Of a stretch of 64,000 nucleotides of DNA, positions 1 through 11,100 are shown one piece after another. This stretch comes from Lingula anatina (Eukaryota > Animalia > Brachiopoda). The notes below the pieces were generated by a model. That model was given only the letters and a program-made list of their open reading frames with translations, did no database searches and had not been told where the DNA came from. The stretch is from positions 16,134,567 through 16,198,566 of the forward strand of contig CM120649.1 in the NCBI GenBank assembly GCA_051362555.1. Reading direction: 5' to 3'. The number at the start of each line of letters is the position of its first letter. Position 1 is the first letter of the stretch. A program made the translations under genes and the position numbers.

Positions 1-1468
1 CACTTCTTCAGCCTCCAGTGGTTCTTCCATTGCCACCAGTGGTTCTTCCATTGCCAACACTGGTGCTGGTGTTGTTGTGGTTGTCACTTCTTCTGCCTCC
101 AGTGGTTCTTCCATTGCCACCAGTGGTTCTTCCATTGCAACCACTGGTGCTTGGGTTGTTGTGGTCGTCACTTCTTCAGCCTCCAGTGGTTCTTCCATTG
201 CCACAAGTGGTTCTTCCATTGCCACCAGTGGTTCTTCCATTGCAACCACTGGTGCCTGGGTTGTTGTGGTTGTCACTTCTTCAGCCTCCAGTGGTTCTTC
301 CATTGCCACCAGTGGTTCTTCCATTGCCAACACTGGTGCTGGGGTTGTTGTGGTTGTAACTTCTTCTGCCTCCAGTGGTTCTTCCATTGCCACCAGTGGT
401 TCTTCCATTGCAACCACTGGTGCTTGGGTTGTTGTGGTCGTCACTTCTTCAGCCTCCAGTGGTTCTTCCATTGCCACAAGTGGTTCTTCCACTGCCACCA
501 CTGGTGCTGGGGTTGTTGTGGTTGTAACTTCTTCTGCTTCCAGTGGTTCTTCCATTGCCACCAGTGGTTCTTCCATTGCCACCACTGGTGCTGGGGTTGT
601 TGTGGTCGTTACTTCTTCTGCCTCCAGTGGTTCTTCCATTGCCACCAGTGGTTCTTCCATTGCAACCACTGGTGCCTGGGTTGTTGTGGTTGTCACTTCT
701 TCAGCCTCCATTGGTTCTTCCATTGCCACCAGTGGTTCTTCCATTGCCACCACTGGTGCTGGGGTTGTTGTGGTTGTAACTTCTTCTGCCTCCAGTGGTT
801 CTTCCATTGCCACCAGTGGTTCTTCCATTGCAACCACTGGTGCCTGGGTTGTTGTGGTTGTCACTTCTTCAGCCTCCAGTGGTTCTTCCATTGCCACCAG
901 TGGTTCTTCCATTGCCAACACTGGTGCTGGGGTTGTTGTGGTTGTCACTTCTTCTGCCTCCAGTGGTTCTTCCATTGCCACCAGTGGTTCTTCCATTGCA
1001 ACCACTGGTGCCTGGGTTGTTGTGGTTGTCACTTCTTCAGCCTCCAGTGGTTCTTCCATTGCCACCAGTGGTTCTTCCATTGCCACAAGTGGTTCTTCCA
1101 TTGCCACCACTGGTGCTGGGGTTGTTGTGGTTGTAACTTCTTCTGCTTCCAGTGGTTCTTCCATTGCCACCAGTGGTTCTTCCATTGCCACCACTGGTGC
1201 TGGGGTTGTTGTGGTCGTTACTTCTTCTGCCTCCAGTGGTTCTTCCATTGCCACCAGTGGTTCTTCCATTGCAACCACTGGTGCTGGGGTTGTTGTGGTC
1301 GTCACTTCTTCTGCTTCCAGTGGTGCTTCCATTGCCACCAGTGGTTCTTCCATTGCCACCACTGGTGCTGGTGTTGTTGTGGTTGTCACTTCTTCTGCTT
1401 CCAGTGGTTCTTCCATTGCCACCAGTGGTTCTTCCATTGCCACCACTGGTGCTGGGGTTGTTGTGGTC
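1..1468 (-). repeat. Coding tandem repeat, 84-bp unit (two 105-bp variants), at least 17 copies, encoding TTTTT(P/Q)APVVAMEEPLVAMEEPLEAEEV
   Basis: The Thr5 block (gttgttgtgg on +) recurs at about 71,155,260,344,428,512,596,680,764,848,932,1016,1121,1205,1289,1373,1457. The 21-bp sub-unit VAMEEPL is present 2x or 3x per unit. Confidence 0.95.
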
Positions 1469-4225
1469 TTCTTACTTGCAGTAGTCATTAATACATCTGA
1501 AAGAAATGATTTGTTTAAAAGATTAAATTTGATTAAAAGAAATGATTCAGTAAGTCTACCAGGATATGATTTAGGACAGGTGATAATATACTGAATTATG
1601 CTAAAAGGTAAACAATATTCCATGGGAGTAAACTTAATGAGAACGTGATAATTTTGATAAAGCTCACCTCTAATAATAGTTTAAGTTTTTTAAATAATTT
1701 AGTTGATAAGTTCAATACCAGTCACTCTGAAGGGGAAACATTTTTTTAGCATTCATGATCAGTAATAATTCATATAATACTGGGACCGACCCAACTAGCA
1801 CGATGTTTCTATCTATGTCTACAAATTTTGCAAAATTATTTATCTTTCCCAAATCAGACCTTAATACATAAACATACATATAAGAAGGTAAGATCGACAG
1901 TTCCTTAGTTATCAATATCCAATCATTGAATTAAAAATGGTATAAAACATTTACTACAAGTGCAAGGAAAAGTTGAACAATAATTCGTGGGAAGGAGAAA
2001 ATGGCTTTTTCGAGGAAAATTCATTTTGGCGGATAAATCCAGTATGGAACTGAACATAAAGACAATGTTTTGCAACTCACCCTGGCTGCATGGCGGCTGA
2101 AAGTGAACAAAACAAAATGTCATTATATGGACCATTCCACAAATGGTGAACATTTAAGTTACATCGGTAGGGCGCAGATTTTTTGTAATATCTGCATTAC
2201 TGTTATATATGTATATCTTTGTAATTAATGTTATAGATTTTCCATTTTGCAGGGCACTATAGTGTTAAACAGCCCAAACACATTCATTCTAAGGCTTGTA
2301 AGGCCACACTTTTTTATTTTTATGGATGACATCCTCTGGGGACCCCAAAGTCGGTGCGAGCGGGCGAAAAAAAAAAAAAACAGTCCAAAAAAAAAAAAAA
2401 AACTGCTTAAGAAAAGTTATGTTTTCAGTACGCAGCTGGAAACACTAATTTACCACAGAAACACGTATCAAACTAACAACATGTCTTTATCCATGCTACC
2501 AAAATATTAAAGCATTGTGAATAGGGCCTACTTCGTAGAAAGGTAAAAAGTCATGAATATATATGCTGCATATTACCAAATCTATTTAAGGTTATTTCAT
2601 GCATTCTGTTGGTATAGCAATCAATAAAACAAATATCAAATAAACAGCGTGTCTTTATTTGTACTCTCAGAAAATTAAAGCATTGTAAACACTTCACAGA
2701 ATTGTTAAAAAAAAATGAAGCAAAGATAGGCCTATGCTTCCTACTACTAAGGTAATTTCGGTCGATGCCATTTTGTCTACTTCGACTCACACGTAGCAGC
2801 CAACTATCGGGTGGCCTGTCCGATCTTCAGTCCACCAAATACCACGACGCTCTTGTCGACCCTTTTTTCGCTACAAAAAAAAAAAACCTTGTATGTGCTG
2901 CTTCGGACAGAATGTCACTGAAATTCTCCGGGCGATGATCGCTGGCCGGGGCCAGCCTTTCGTATAATTGTAAAAGGGTGATATCTTCATGTCCAATATC
3001 AATGGCAAAGCAATCCAAAACGACGGCCCCCGTTCTCTTTATGACTTTAATTGTCGTGTATTTTGAAATTAATGCTAGAGATGAATTTGACGGCAAAGCG
3101 GCCATATTTCCACGTGGTGATAATACGCATGCGCAGAAAGCTCATTTTCCGCACTCGGAACTACTCGGATATCTCCGCAGTCGACAATGACAGCATGGAG
3201 CTTGCGGAATTAGCCGAGGATTGCCGATTGCATTTTCCGGCAAATTCAATAACGACGTTTGCGACAACCGACTTCCTTGGGGGGGGAGGGGGGGATTTTT
3301 TTTTTTTTTTGGAGAACGGACGAAAATCGGTGCGCGCGCAGGATGTCATCCATAAAATTAAAAAAGTGTGGCCTAATATTAAAAGAACTTTCACAGGGCA
3401 AAGAAATATGGCTCGTATGGGTGAATTATTTTACTGACTTTCGAAGTTTACACAGCTTAAGGCAACGCCCTTACGGCGTTAAGCGCCACCCCACCCCCCT
3501 CCCCATCCTTACCTGTTCAGACTTGGGAACATACAGATTCCATCCTTGGCGCTCCTCGATCATATCCGCGCCAGGAAGGACGGAGTAAAGGACGCACTCC
3601 TTCCTTGAGGGAAAATAGCTCACAGAGAGACAGCTGAAAAAAAAAATAAATAAATAAATAAAATAACAAAATTACATGCAAGAAGATCGTCATTGTTCTC
3701 AGTACTATTACGTCTTGTATGGCGTTCAATCTCGTGTTCAGTTTTAAGACCGGGATTTATATATTCTTAACATACCAGACTCCTGGCACGCACTGTTCAC
3801 AGTTTCCCAGTCACATCCGTCTAAATTGTTCTAATTAATATACAGATTCATTTTTATTTAGCATAAGCATATATGTTATGAGATCTCCCCAACCACCTTA
3901 GAAAAAAAATTAAGAAAAGCGCACAATACGCAGCTTAAATACCGATGATACCTACCCGTCGTTGAGCAAGCAGAATCCCAAACAGTGGACAAGTTTCCGT
4001 CCGGTGGTGGTTCCTAGGGGCTGTGCGGTAGACCACGTGTTTGGTGTCATCTGGAATAACCCCGTGCTGTGGGACGGACATCGTTTTATCAGGGCGGAAT
4101 CTGGAATTAAACAGAGAGATGGTGATATGAACAATGTACTTTTATAGCACGCTGTATGCTACGTATGAACCTATGCGTCAATTTTTATTTCTTATTGAAT
4201 ACAAATAATAAATAAAAGATGAGCT

Positions 4226-4270
<45 letters not shown>

Positions 4271-4859
4271 CAAACGATTGGTTGAAGTTTGCAAATTAAA
4301 TATATGAGTGCAAAATTTAAATAAAGAGCAAATCTGGCTCTAAACAAGGCGCACATTTTCTGTCTTCAATTTTCTTTAATTAAATCTATATATAGTCTCG
4401 CCTCCAAATTGATTATTTGAAAATTGTAAGCAAAAGATAATGTTGTTGATATAACCGTTCGTTGAAAGTGTAGTTCAATCAAAAATCTTTTTCATAAAAA
4501 TGCAAATGTTAAATATTACATTTTTTACTCTATTTTCCTTTTACAAACCGTCCATTTTCAAAACATCTTTTTTTATGCATAAATCCAACATACATTTACA
4601 TGCAGTGTGATTCAAAAACCAACCTGCAACCTAATTGGAGGACAACCTTGATAGAAAAATCAACAGATTTAAAATCAACTTGATAATCTTGCCGCTCAGA
4701 ACAAAACTCACCAATAATTCACCGTCACCTTCTTAACGACCACATAAAAAACAAGGAATTGTTAAAAACATTACTTTCAATGTTTGTATACGCACCTGAG
4801 GTTTCAAAGTTCCAAATATGTATGACGAAAATCAGAAGAAACCAAACTTTAGACATCAT
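1..4859 (-). CDS. Secreted or cell-surface protein: signal peptide + PAN/Apple domain + long acidic Thr/Glu-rich tandem-repeat (mucin-like) region; 3' end outside window
   Basis: Phase-consistent GT-AG exons (minus): 4859-4796 (MMSKVWFLLIFVIHIWNFETS, signal-peptide-like), 4100-3956 (DSALIKRCPSH...LVHCLGFCLLNDG), 3633-3513 (CLSVSYFPSRKECVLYSVLPGADMIEERQGWNLYVPKSEQ), micro-exon 2096-2081 (PPCSQ), 1496-<1 (DVLMTTASKKTTTTPAPVVAMEEPL...). The CxxxC-x5-C-x-S-x-x-Y/F-x6-C-x-L...W-x-x-Y pattern fits PAN/Apple. The ORF track misses the last exon because it has no stop inside the window. Confidence 0.85.
2302..3373. mobile_element. Non-autonomous TIR DNA transposon, PIF/Harbinger-like (TAA TSD), in intron of the PAN gene
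   Basis: The left end ggccacacttttttatttttatggatgacatcct (2302-2335) is a near-perfect inverted copy of the right end aggatgtcatccataaaattaaaaaagtgtggcc (3340-3373). TAA flanks both sides (2299-2301, 3374-3376). The superfamily call rests on TSD and TIR start only. Confidence 0.75.
4228..4269. repeat. (AAT)n microsatellite
   Basis: Direct reading. Confidence 0.95.
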
Positions 4860-6800
4860 TTTCCCTTCGATTGTTTTGTGACTCAGATCATCCCTGTGAA
4901 GCACCTGTACGATGACTGACCTGATGTAACATGGCGGCCTGCCTCTTGGCTATATTGATTGACAGATGGCACAGTTCGGTTGAAAGGCACACGATATAGG
5001 CCTCCTTTTTGGAACAAAAAAAAAAAAATAATAATAATAAAATGTTCCTGGTAACTTCAACATTTTTCAAATTATTAACCAACACAGTTGATCAAAGCAT
5101 TACTTATAAACACGCTTAGAGTATGGGTTATGATTTTTTTGAAAAACTGGTACTTTTTCAATATACAGATAGAGGTATGTCGCGCAAGGTGTGATTTTAA
5201 ATATTACGCCAACAGAATTGGCAGAGGGACAAAGGGACACGGTCTTCGTCTATTGCTATATACTTCCTTGGTTTCAATCTTTAATTTTTTTGTCTTGCTT
5301 TCCCCGCCCATAGCAAAATCTCGGAGCCACCATTGAATGCGGGGGCCACCCACATACACCCTGCTCATAGGGGAATCAGAGTGGGTAATGAAACAGGCTA
5401 CCGCGATCAATTTTCTCAGTGGCCCTTGGAAAACATTAGCACGAGACGGGTTTCTTTTTTATTTAAACAATTTCCTTAATGTCACCGTCACGGCCATTGA
5501 TTTTTTTGTTCTGAGCTACAAAGATCAAAGGCAAGTGGCAAATATCTTAAAGCAAGAGAATAAACCAAATCTTAAGGAAGATGTCTGAGTGCATAAATAA
5601 TGCATATGACAAATACGCACACTGTCTTTTTGTTATGCCAGTATTATTTAATGACAATCAAATGCTTTTTGTCAGCTGGGAAACAGAAAAATGAACATCT
5701 AATGAAAAACTAATATACATATTCTGCAGATTTTAATCCATGGCCACTTATTGCTTCTTCAGATTGACCAGTATAATATTGAAAGGGTTTGGTATGGGAC
5801 TGCGGTCTAGCACCTCACTTTCCAAGACTTGGTTTATCTGAACCTGTCGAAGAACTATGGTGAGAAAAAGCACCTGTGAGCATCTCTCAAAATACGCCTT
5901 GTCGCCGGTAATATCAGTCAATACGACAGCTTTGTGTTTTAACGTCTTTGTGCATAAATAAGTGATGGCGCTCTGTGTTTTCCGAATTCAGAAAAGACTG
6001 GCTGTTTTATTCCCCCAATAACAGAAAGACGTATTTTTGCACGGAATACACACAAACCTAAAATATATAATGCATCAACAAACAAATACGTGTTTTTATT
6101 AAAGGGGGTGAATTCAGGATTCATATTTCACCTGGAAAGTTTTTTATCTCTCTGGTGGTGTGCGTCATTACTAGTCGAAAATCAGTTGTTCATGCCTTTC
6201 ACAAAAAAAAAAAAAAAAAAAAAAAAAAAATCGGAATTGCGTGTGTGTGTGTACAAATGTGTGTGGGTGCGGATTACGTGTACTGGTCACCTACTTTTTA
6301 CCATAGACCAGTTTGGGCGATGACGTCATTTCTGAAATTTTGCACAAAAATTCTTGTTAGTACAGAAAATTGCATAGAATAAGGCAGAGGGTAACACGTG
6401 GCCAATGTCTATTGGACACTGGAAAATGGCCGGAATATGTTTCACGTGTGTGCGAAGGTCTTATAACTATAGAGAGTTATCTATATCCGAAATGATCGAT
6501 CATGTATATGAAGCATTTAGTACTGCAGATATTGAACATAATCTACCCATCACTGAGAGAGGGGTGTTGCTAATTAACCGGTGCAATTAAAGTGTGGGAA
6601 CACGACCGCAAATTCGAACCATTTATTTTGCTATCTTGAAAACGTACAGTATTTACTTACATGTACACGTACTATGTACCAGTAATAATTGCAAATGAAA
6701 AATAATATTCGAAAAATGCGTATTTTATTTTACAGACGAGAAACATAATCTTAACAACAGTCTAAAAAAATAAAAAATATTAATTATTACTCTGGGCATT

Positions 6801-6972
6801 CCAGTGTGACAGGAATGGTTGTCCGCTAGAAACCGTAGTCAGCTCCCCATTACTTTGTACAGGTGACATTCCTCCAATGTACTAACCGCAATACTCCGAC
6901 CAACCCTAACCTGTACTAATCATATGGAATCCCGTATTCCTATTCCTAGGACTACCATTTCTGCAACACCGG
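6801..6972. mobile_element. MITE-like element with ~24-bp imperfect TIRs
   Basis: ccagtgtgacaggaatggttgtcc at 6801 versus the reverse complement of the right end, ccggtgttgcagaaatggtagtcc. Internal accctaacc motif. No clear TSD. Confidence 0.55.
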
Positions 6973-7333
6973 TGGATCAGAGAAAATCGACCAAGCTGAA
7001 AACCCCAAAAATATGTTTGTCAAAAAATTCCAAAGTTGGAGGACAGCTGAAGACATTGACAAAACATTACGGTCAGGATCCAACTAATAGGAACGAAAGT
7101 TGACCTTTTCTCATTAATAAGTGTACTTTTTTAATTGGAAACCCCACTTTTTACAGTACATCATTCTCTACTGATACTGAAAAGAACCTCGTAAGATATG
7201 AAATCTGCAATATTTAATTGTGCTTTACTGAGATTAAGATAATATATTCTGTACAGCAAAGTTTATACCAGTACGTAGAAAACGCTGGACCAGATATAGC
7301 AAGTCACAGCGTTTTTGTCAGAAAATTATATTA

Positions 7334-7391
7334 TGTTCCTTCATCACCCTTAGTATTGCAATTGTTCCTTCATCACCCTTAGTATTGCAAT
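7334..7391. repeat. Perfect 29-bp tandem duplication
   Basis: tgttccttcatcacccttagtattgcaat x2 (7334, 7363). Confidence 0.9.
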
Positions 7392-8163
7392 TTACTGCAA
7401 ACTGGCTTGCCTCTGTCTCATTATTTCCACAGCATAGACAATGCATGATGTAGAGGCTGGTTTTCCGTAAACATAGAAGTTCGGGGTGCTTCCAAAACAT
7501 GCGCATTCCCGACTGAATGGAGATATGTACAATGAAGGCATGTATTGCAGGGTTTTACCAATATATTCCGAGTACAATAGACACCACACACCTCATCGCC
7601 TCTTAACTTAAGTTCTTTTATTTCGAGTAAATCTTATGGATGGAATCTTTTCTTTGGCACTTTCTTGAAACTTGCTCCTATATGAGCATTGCCTAACTTG
7701 ATCTTCGCGTAGCCTGAATAAATTGCCAATAGTAAAACGTCCAAGTTATGAGGTGTGCACTGCATATATCACATTAATATCACATCCGAAGTTTATACCC
7801 TGCTGTCGAACCGTATGTTAAATAGATAGCCGTTGTGTTATGGCGCTCAGATGTTATGTGTAACATGCCAAGCTTTGGTGATTACTCTTGCGTTAACGTG
7901 ATATTCTGGCAAACGCTGTGCGGCTTCTTAAAGGAGATCGAATAGCGTGAGGGCGAATTTACATTTCCTAAAACATCAAAGAGCCTGTTTTTAGATATAT
8001 TACACGCGCTTAGAGAGCGCAGCCGCTTTACATCCGTTTTCAGTTGGCATGTGCTATTTTTGTCACATGCAATGAAGTAGGCGTGTCCTATTCTCGACAC
8101 GTTTAAGTGGTGGGCGTGTCCTTCTCGCGTCACGTCGTAGGTTGTACTGGCGCGTCCAATGTC

Positions 8164-11100
8164 TCAGCAAAGTAGGTCAAACAGCTTAAAATGGACACTG
8201 GGTACTGTGCAGTAATTATCCACCATGGTCACGTGTTGCCGAGGAGGAGTACTGGCGATTCTTTCCAGTTCGGCGTATGTTATGTTTCTCCCGACACCTA
8301 TAATAACAAAAAGAAATGAAATCAGATATTGCTTGATAACGTTTTCCCCTATATTTTATCTCTCCTTTTTATAGTATTGTGTGCAAGCATTTGTCTGAAA
8401 ATCAATGAGACTTCGTACAATACTTGGTTCCCTGCTTGCCTTATTTCTATAACGGAAAAGGTGAACAGATGTTTGAAGAAATAAATCAAAGAGTGATGGA
8501 ATTAATGGATTGATGAATAAACGAATGAACAATAAACTGGATGGACACATCAATGCATGAATATTAAAAAAAAGAAGGAAAAAACGTGAGCAGTTCCATG
8601 AATTTACAACTTCCATGCCACACCAACAGACTTCCCTCCCAAGACACCCACATAAAGAAACACAAGGGCTGTCTTTTTAAAAATCTATAAACAAACTGCT
8701 AAACGCGGCATGATTTGATGCTAAAAAAGTGGACATAATTGATTTATTATTATTGTACTGTGGTGAATCTAAAAGTATTAAGGTTGGGTTTCCCGAAGTG
8801 CAGGTTAACTAGACTATTAAAAAAGCTTGGCGACCACAAACAAGCGGCACTAAACCTCAGAGTAACGCGGTTACGGACGAGAGGGGCCTATGACTGTGCT
8901 AGTTGGGATAGCCGAAGTGTCTCGATCACAGCGTGTTTGACAGCTTCGTGGGCTATTATGACACTGAATTACAGACACTTTGGTTAAAGGTCGTTAGGAA
9001 AGGGAAGCACGTCTAATTTAACATCCCACCACGCTTATAGAGTAGTTAGAACACGCCGACTGCTTCTTCTTGTCACCCTTGTTAGAGGAATTAGATTGAT
9101 GAGGGGGCGGCTCTCGTAAAGGCTCTGTCACACCTAGCGTAAAATGATACGTATGAATATCGTATGTGAAATCGATTATATGAAATCGCCCTTTTTCTTG
9201 AGTCTCAAAAACGAACATATAAGCAGTTATTTATTTATTTATTTGTTAAGGTCCGCCTTGCGTTCAGCTTAGACCCTCCAAAGCCCCAAGCTTTTAAAGA
9301 TTATCCTTTCATATTGAACGCTATACTAATAATAATACTATTAAACGTAGCGACAAAACATTGACTTGTACGAGTGAGTGAAACATGGCAGGATCAACAT
9401 GAATGGCTGGTTACGCTGGAATAATACTTTTTATTAGTAAAGAGTAAAATCTCCCACAACCTTAAAAATTGGCTCGAATCTGTTTATCGGACTGTTTATC
9501 GGATAAGTAATAAAATATGTTTTCTTTTACCTCACGATCAGACCAATAACAGGATGAAATATCCTGTTGCCAAAAAAACGCGTATTCTATTACGGATTAA
9601 TCACGATCACCCTTGAAGTAAGCCGAGCTGTGAAATCTGCTGCCTAACTAGAAGATAAATGGCGTTATTGCGTAACCAAGATCTAACGTATTGATTTCAT
9701 TCTCTTCAATAACATAAATCAGTTTGTATGTTTACTTTCGAAGCGCGCTGTTCGTTCCAGTGAAACTAGAAAAATTAAGAAAATTAATGATGTTGTTGTT
9801 TCAAAATCGCTTTCAGTGCACCTGTTATCAGCAGTCGCCAGGGATTAACGTTTACTTAAAGTATCCTTAAAATCGGCCCAACGAATATAAAACAATCGGT
9901 GCATAGGGAGCCATAATATTGCGCAACTGCGCCAAGAAAGTCAGCAGATTAATTTGCCCTCGTAACACAGACCAGAAAATAACGTGCTCTGACAGCGCAA
10001 GGTTCGCTGCCTAAAGTGAGTAAACTTGGGCCGATGGTAATCAAGTGGAAATAACCGCAGGTTTGAGGAAAACAGGAAACATTTCGATTAAACGGCTATT
10101 ATTAGTGCTACCCGTGGACCGACAAAACCGTTTGTCCTAATAGAGCTGGTAACTGAGAGACACACGCGCTAAAACAGCACTGAGGATTAAGACGTAACAG
10201 AAAGTGCCACAATCAAGTTGCAAATGAAGGTTAAAATTGACAATGAAAAAGGAAACGCACCTGTCTAGTAACATATGACTATGGTACATAATAAGAATTA
10301 CAGCTACATATACTATTGCTTACAAAAAAAAACAAAAAACAAAAAACTTTTATTACTTCTTACTTAAGCCGAATCAAAACAATTACAGCCTTGTGGGTTG
10401 GATAAGTAGGCCCTATTGTCATTGAAATGGGGCTGCTTAGTAGGCTATTTGAATCGCGCAATTATATAAAAATAAAAACAGGAAACAAGGGAAAAAACGT
10501 GATTATAATGAAAAAGAACCCTGCACTTCACGAAGAACGTACCCTGAACTTCAAAACGTAGTACAATTTGTATGTCAAAGAAAGCGATAAACGCCAATTT
10601 ATTTGGACGCGTGCTTTGCAACAGTGAAACTAAGACGAGATTCCAAATTTAAAGTAAAAATAAAGCCATTTATTCTAACCCAACAGTGCCCCCACTGCTT
10701 TAATTTTGACCCCCCCCCCCTCCCCCCCGAGAGAGAGGCTAGCTTCCGTCCGGAGTTTGAAAGCCAGTTTGAAGTGGTCGAGTACATACTGTATTCGCAC
10801 ATTCAAGGATCACAGAAAGATAGAATCACATTTTTACGCCAGATACACATATGACTGACTGCAAATCATCACAAGCATTATCTTACCAACGACGAATATT
10901 TCTATCCCGGCTTTCCTTGCTTCCATGGCGGCCCTCTCCGCGTCGTCCGGTTCCTGTAGCTCTGAGTCCACCAGGACCACGCCCAGGTGTCTGGCGTCCG
11001 GCCTTGAGCCGTGCTCTGGAGTGAACGTCGTACTGACCATCGTTCGTATTAGGTCTGCTGTGCTGGGTAAAGTGTTCTTTTGAAACAAAGATAATGCATA

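Noticed and set aside
18-1594. Long plus-strand ORFs (505 aa Ser/Val-rich, 446 aa Cys/His/Trp/Phe-rich, Leu/Pro-rich)
   Set aside because: They are antisense shadows of a stop-poor coding repeat. Splice sites, the signal peptide and the synonymous-change pattern all support the minus acidic frame.
1668-1726. Candidate exon with good acceptor and donor in the last PAN-gene intron
   Set aside because: It contains stops in all three frames and is not needed for phase continuity.
7334-7391. SECIS-like ATGA..AA..GA for a Cys-Sec reading of the VWA stop
   Set aside because: Spacing is too short and there is no stem pairing. It is explained by the 29-bp duplication.
1-8297. Repeat exon as the C-terminus of the VWA protein (collagen-VI/mucin-like fusion)
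   Set aside because: The VWA CDS ends at TGA 8166-8164, and the repeat exon has its own signal-peptide and PAN exons at 4859-2081.
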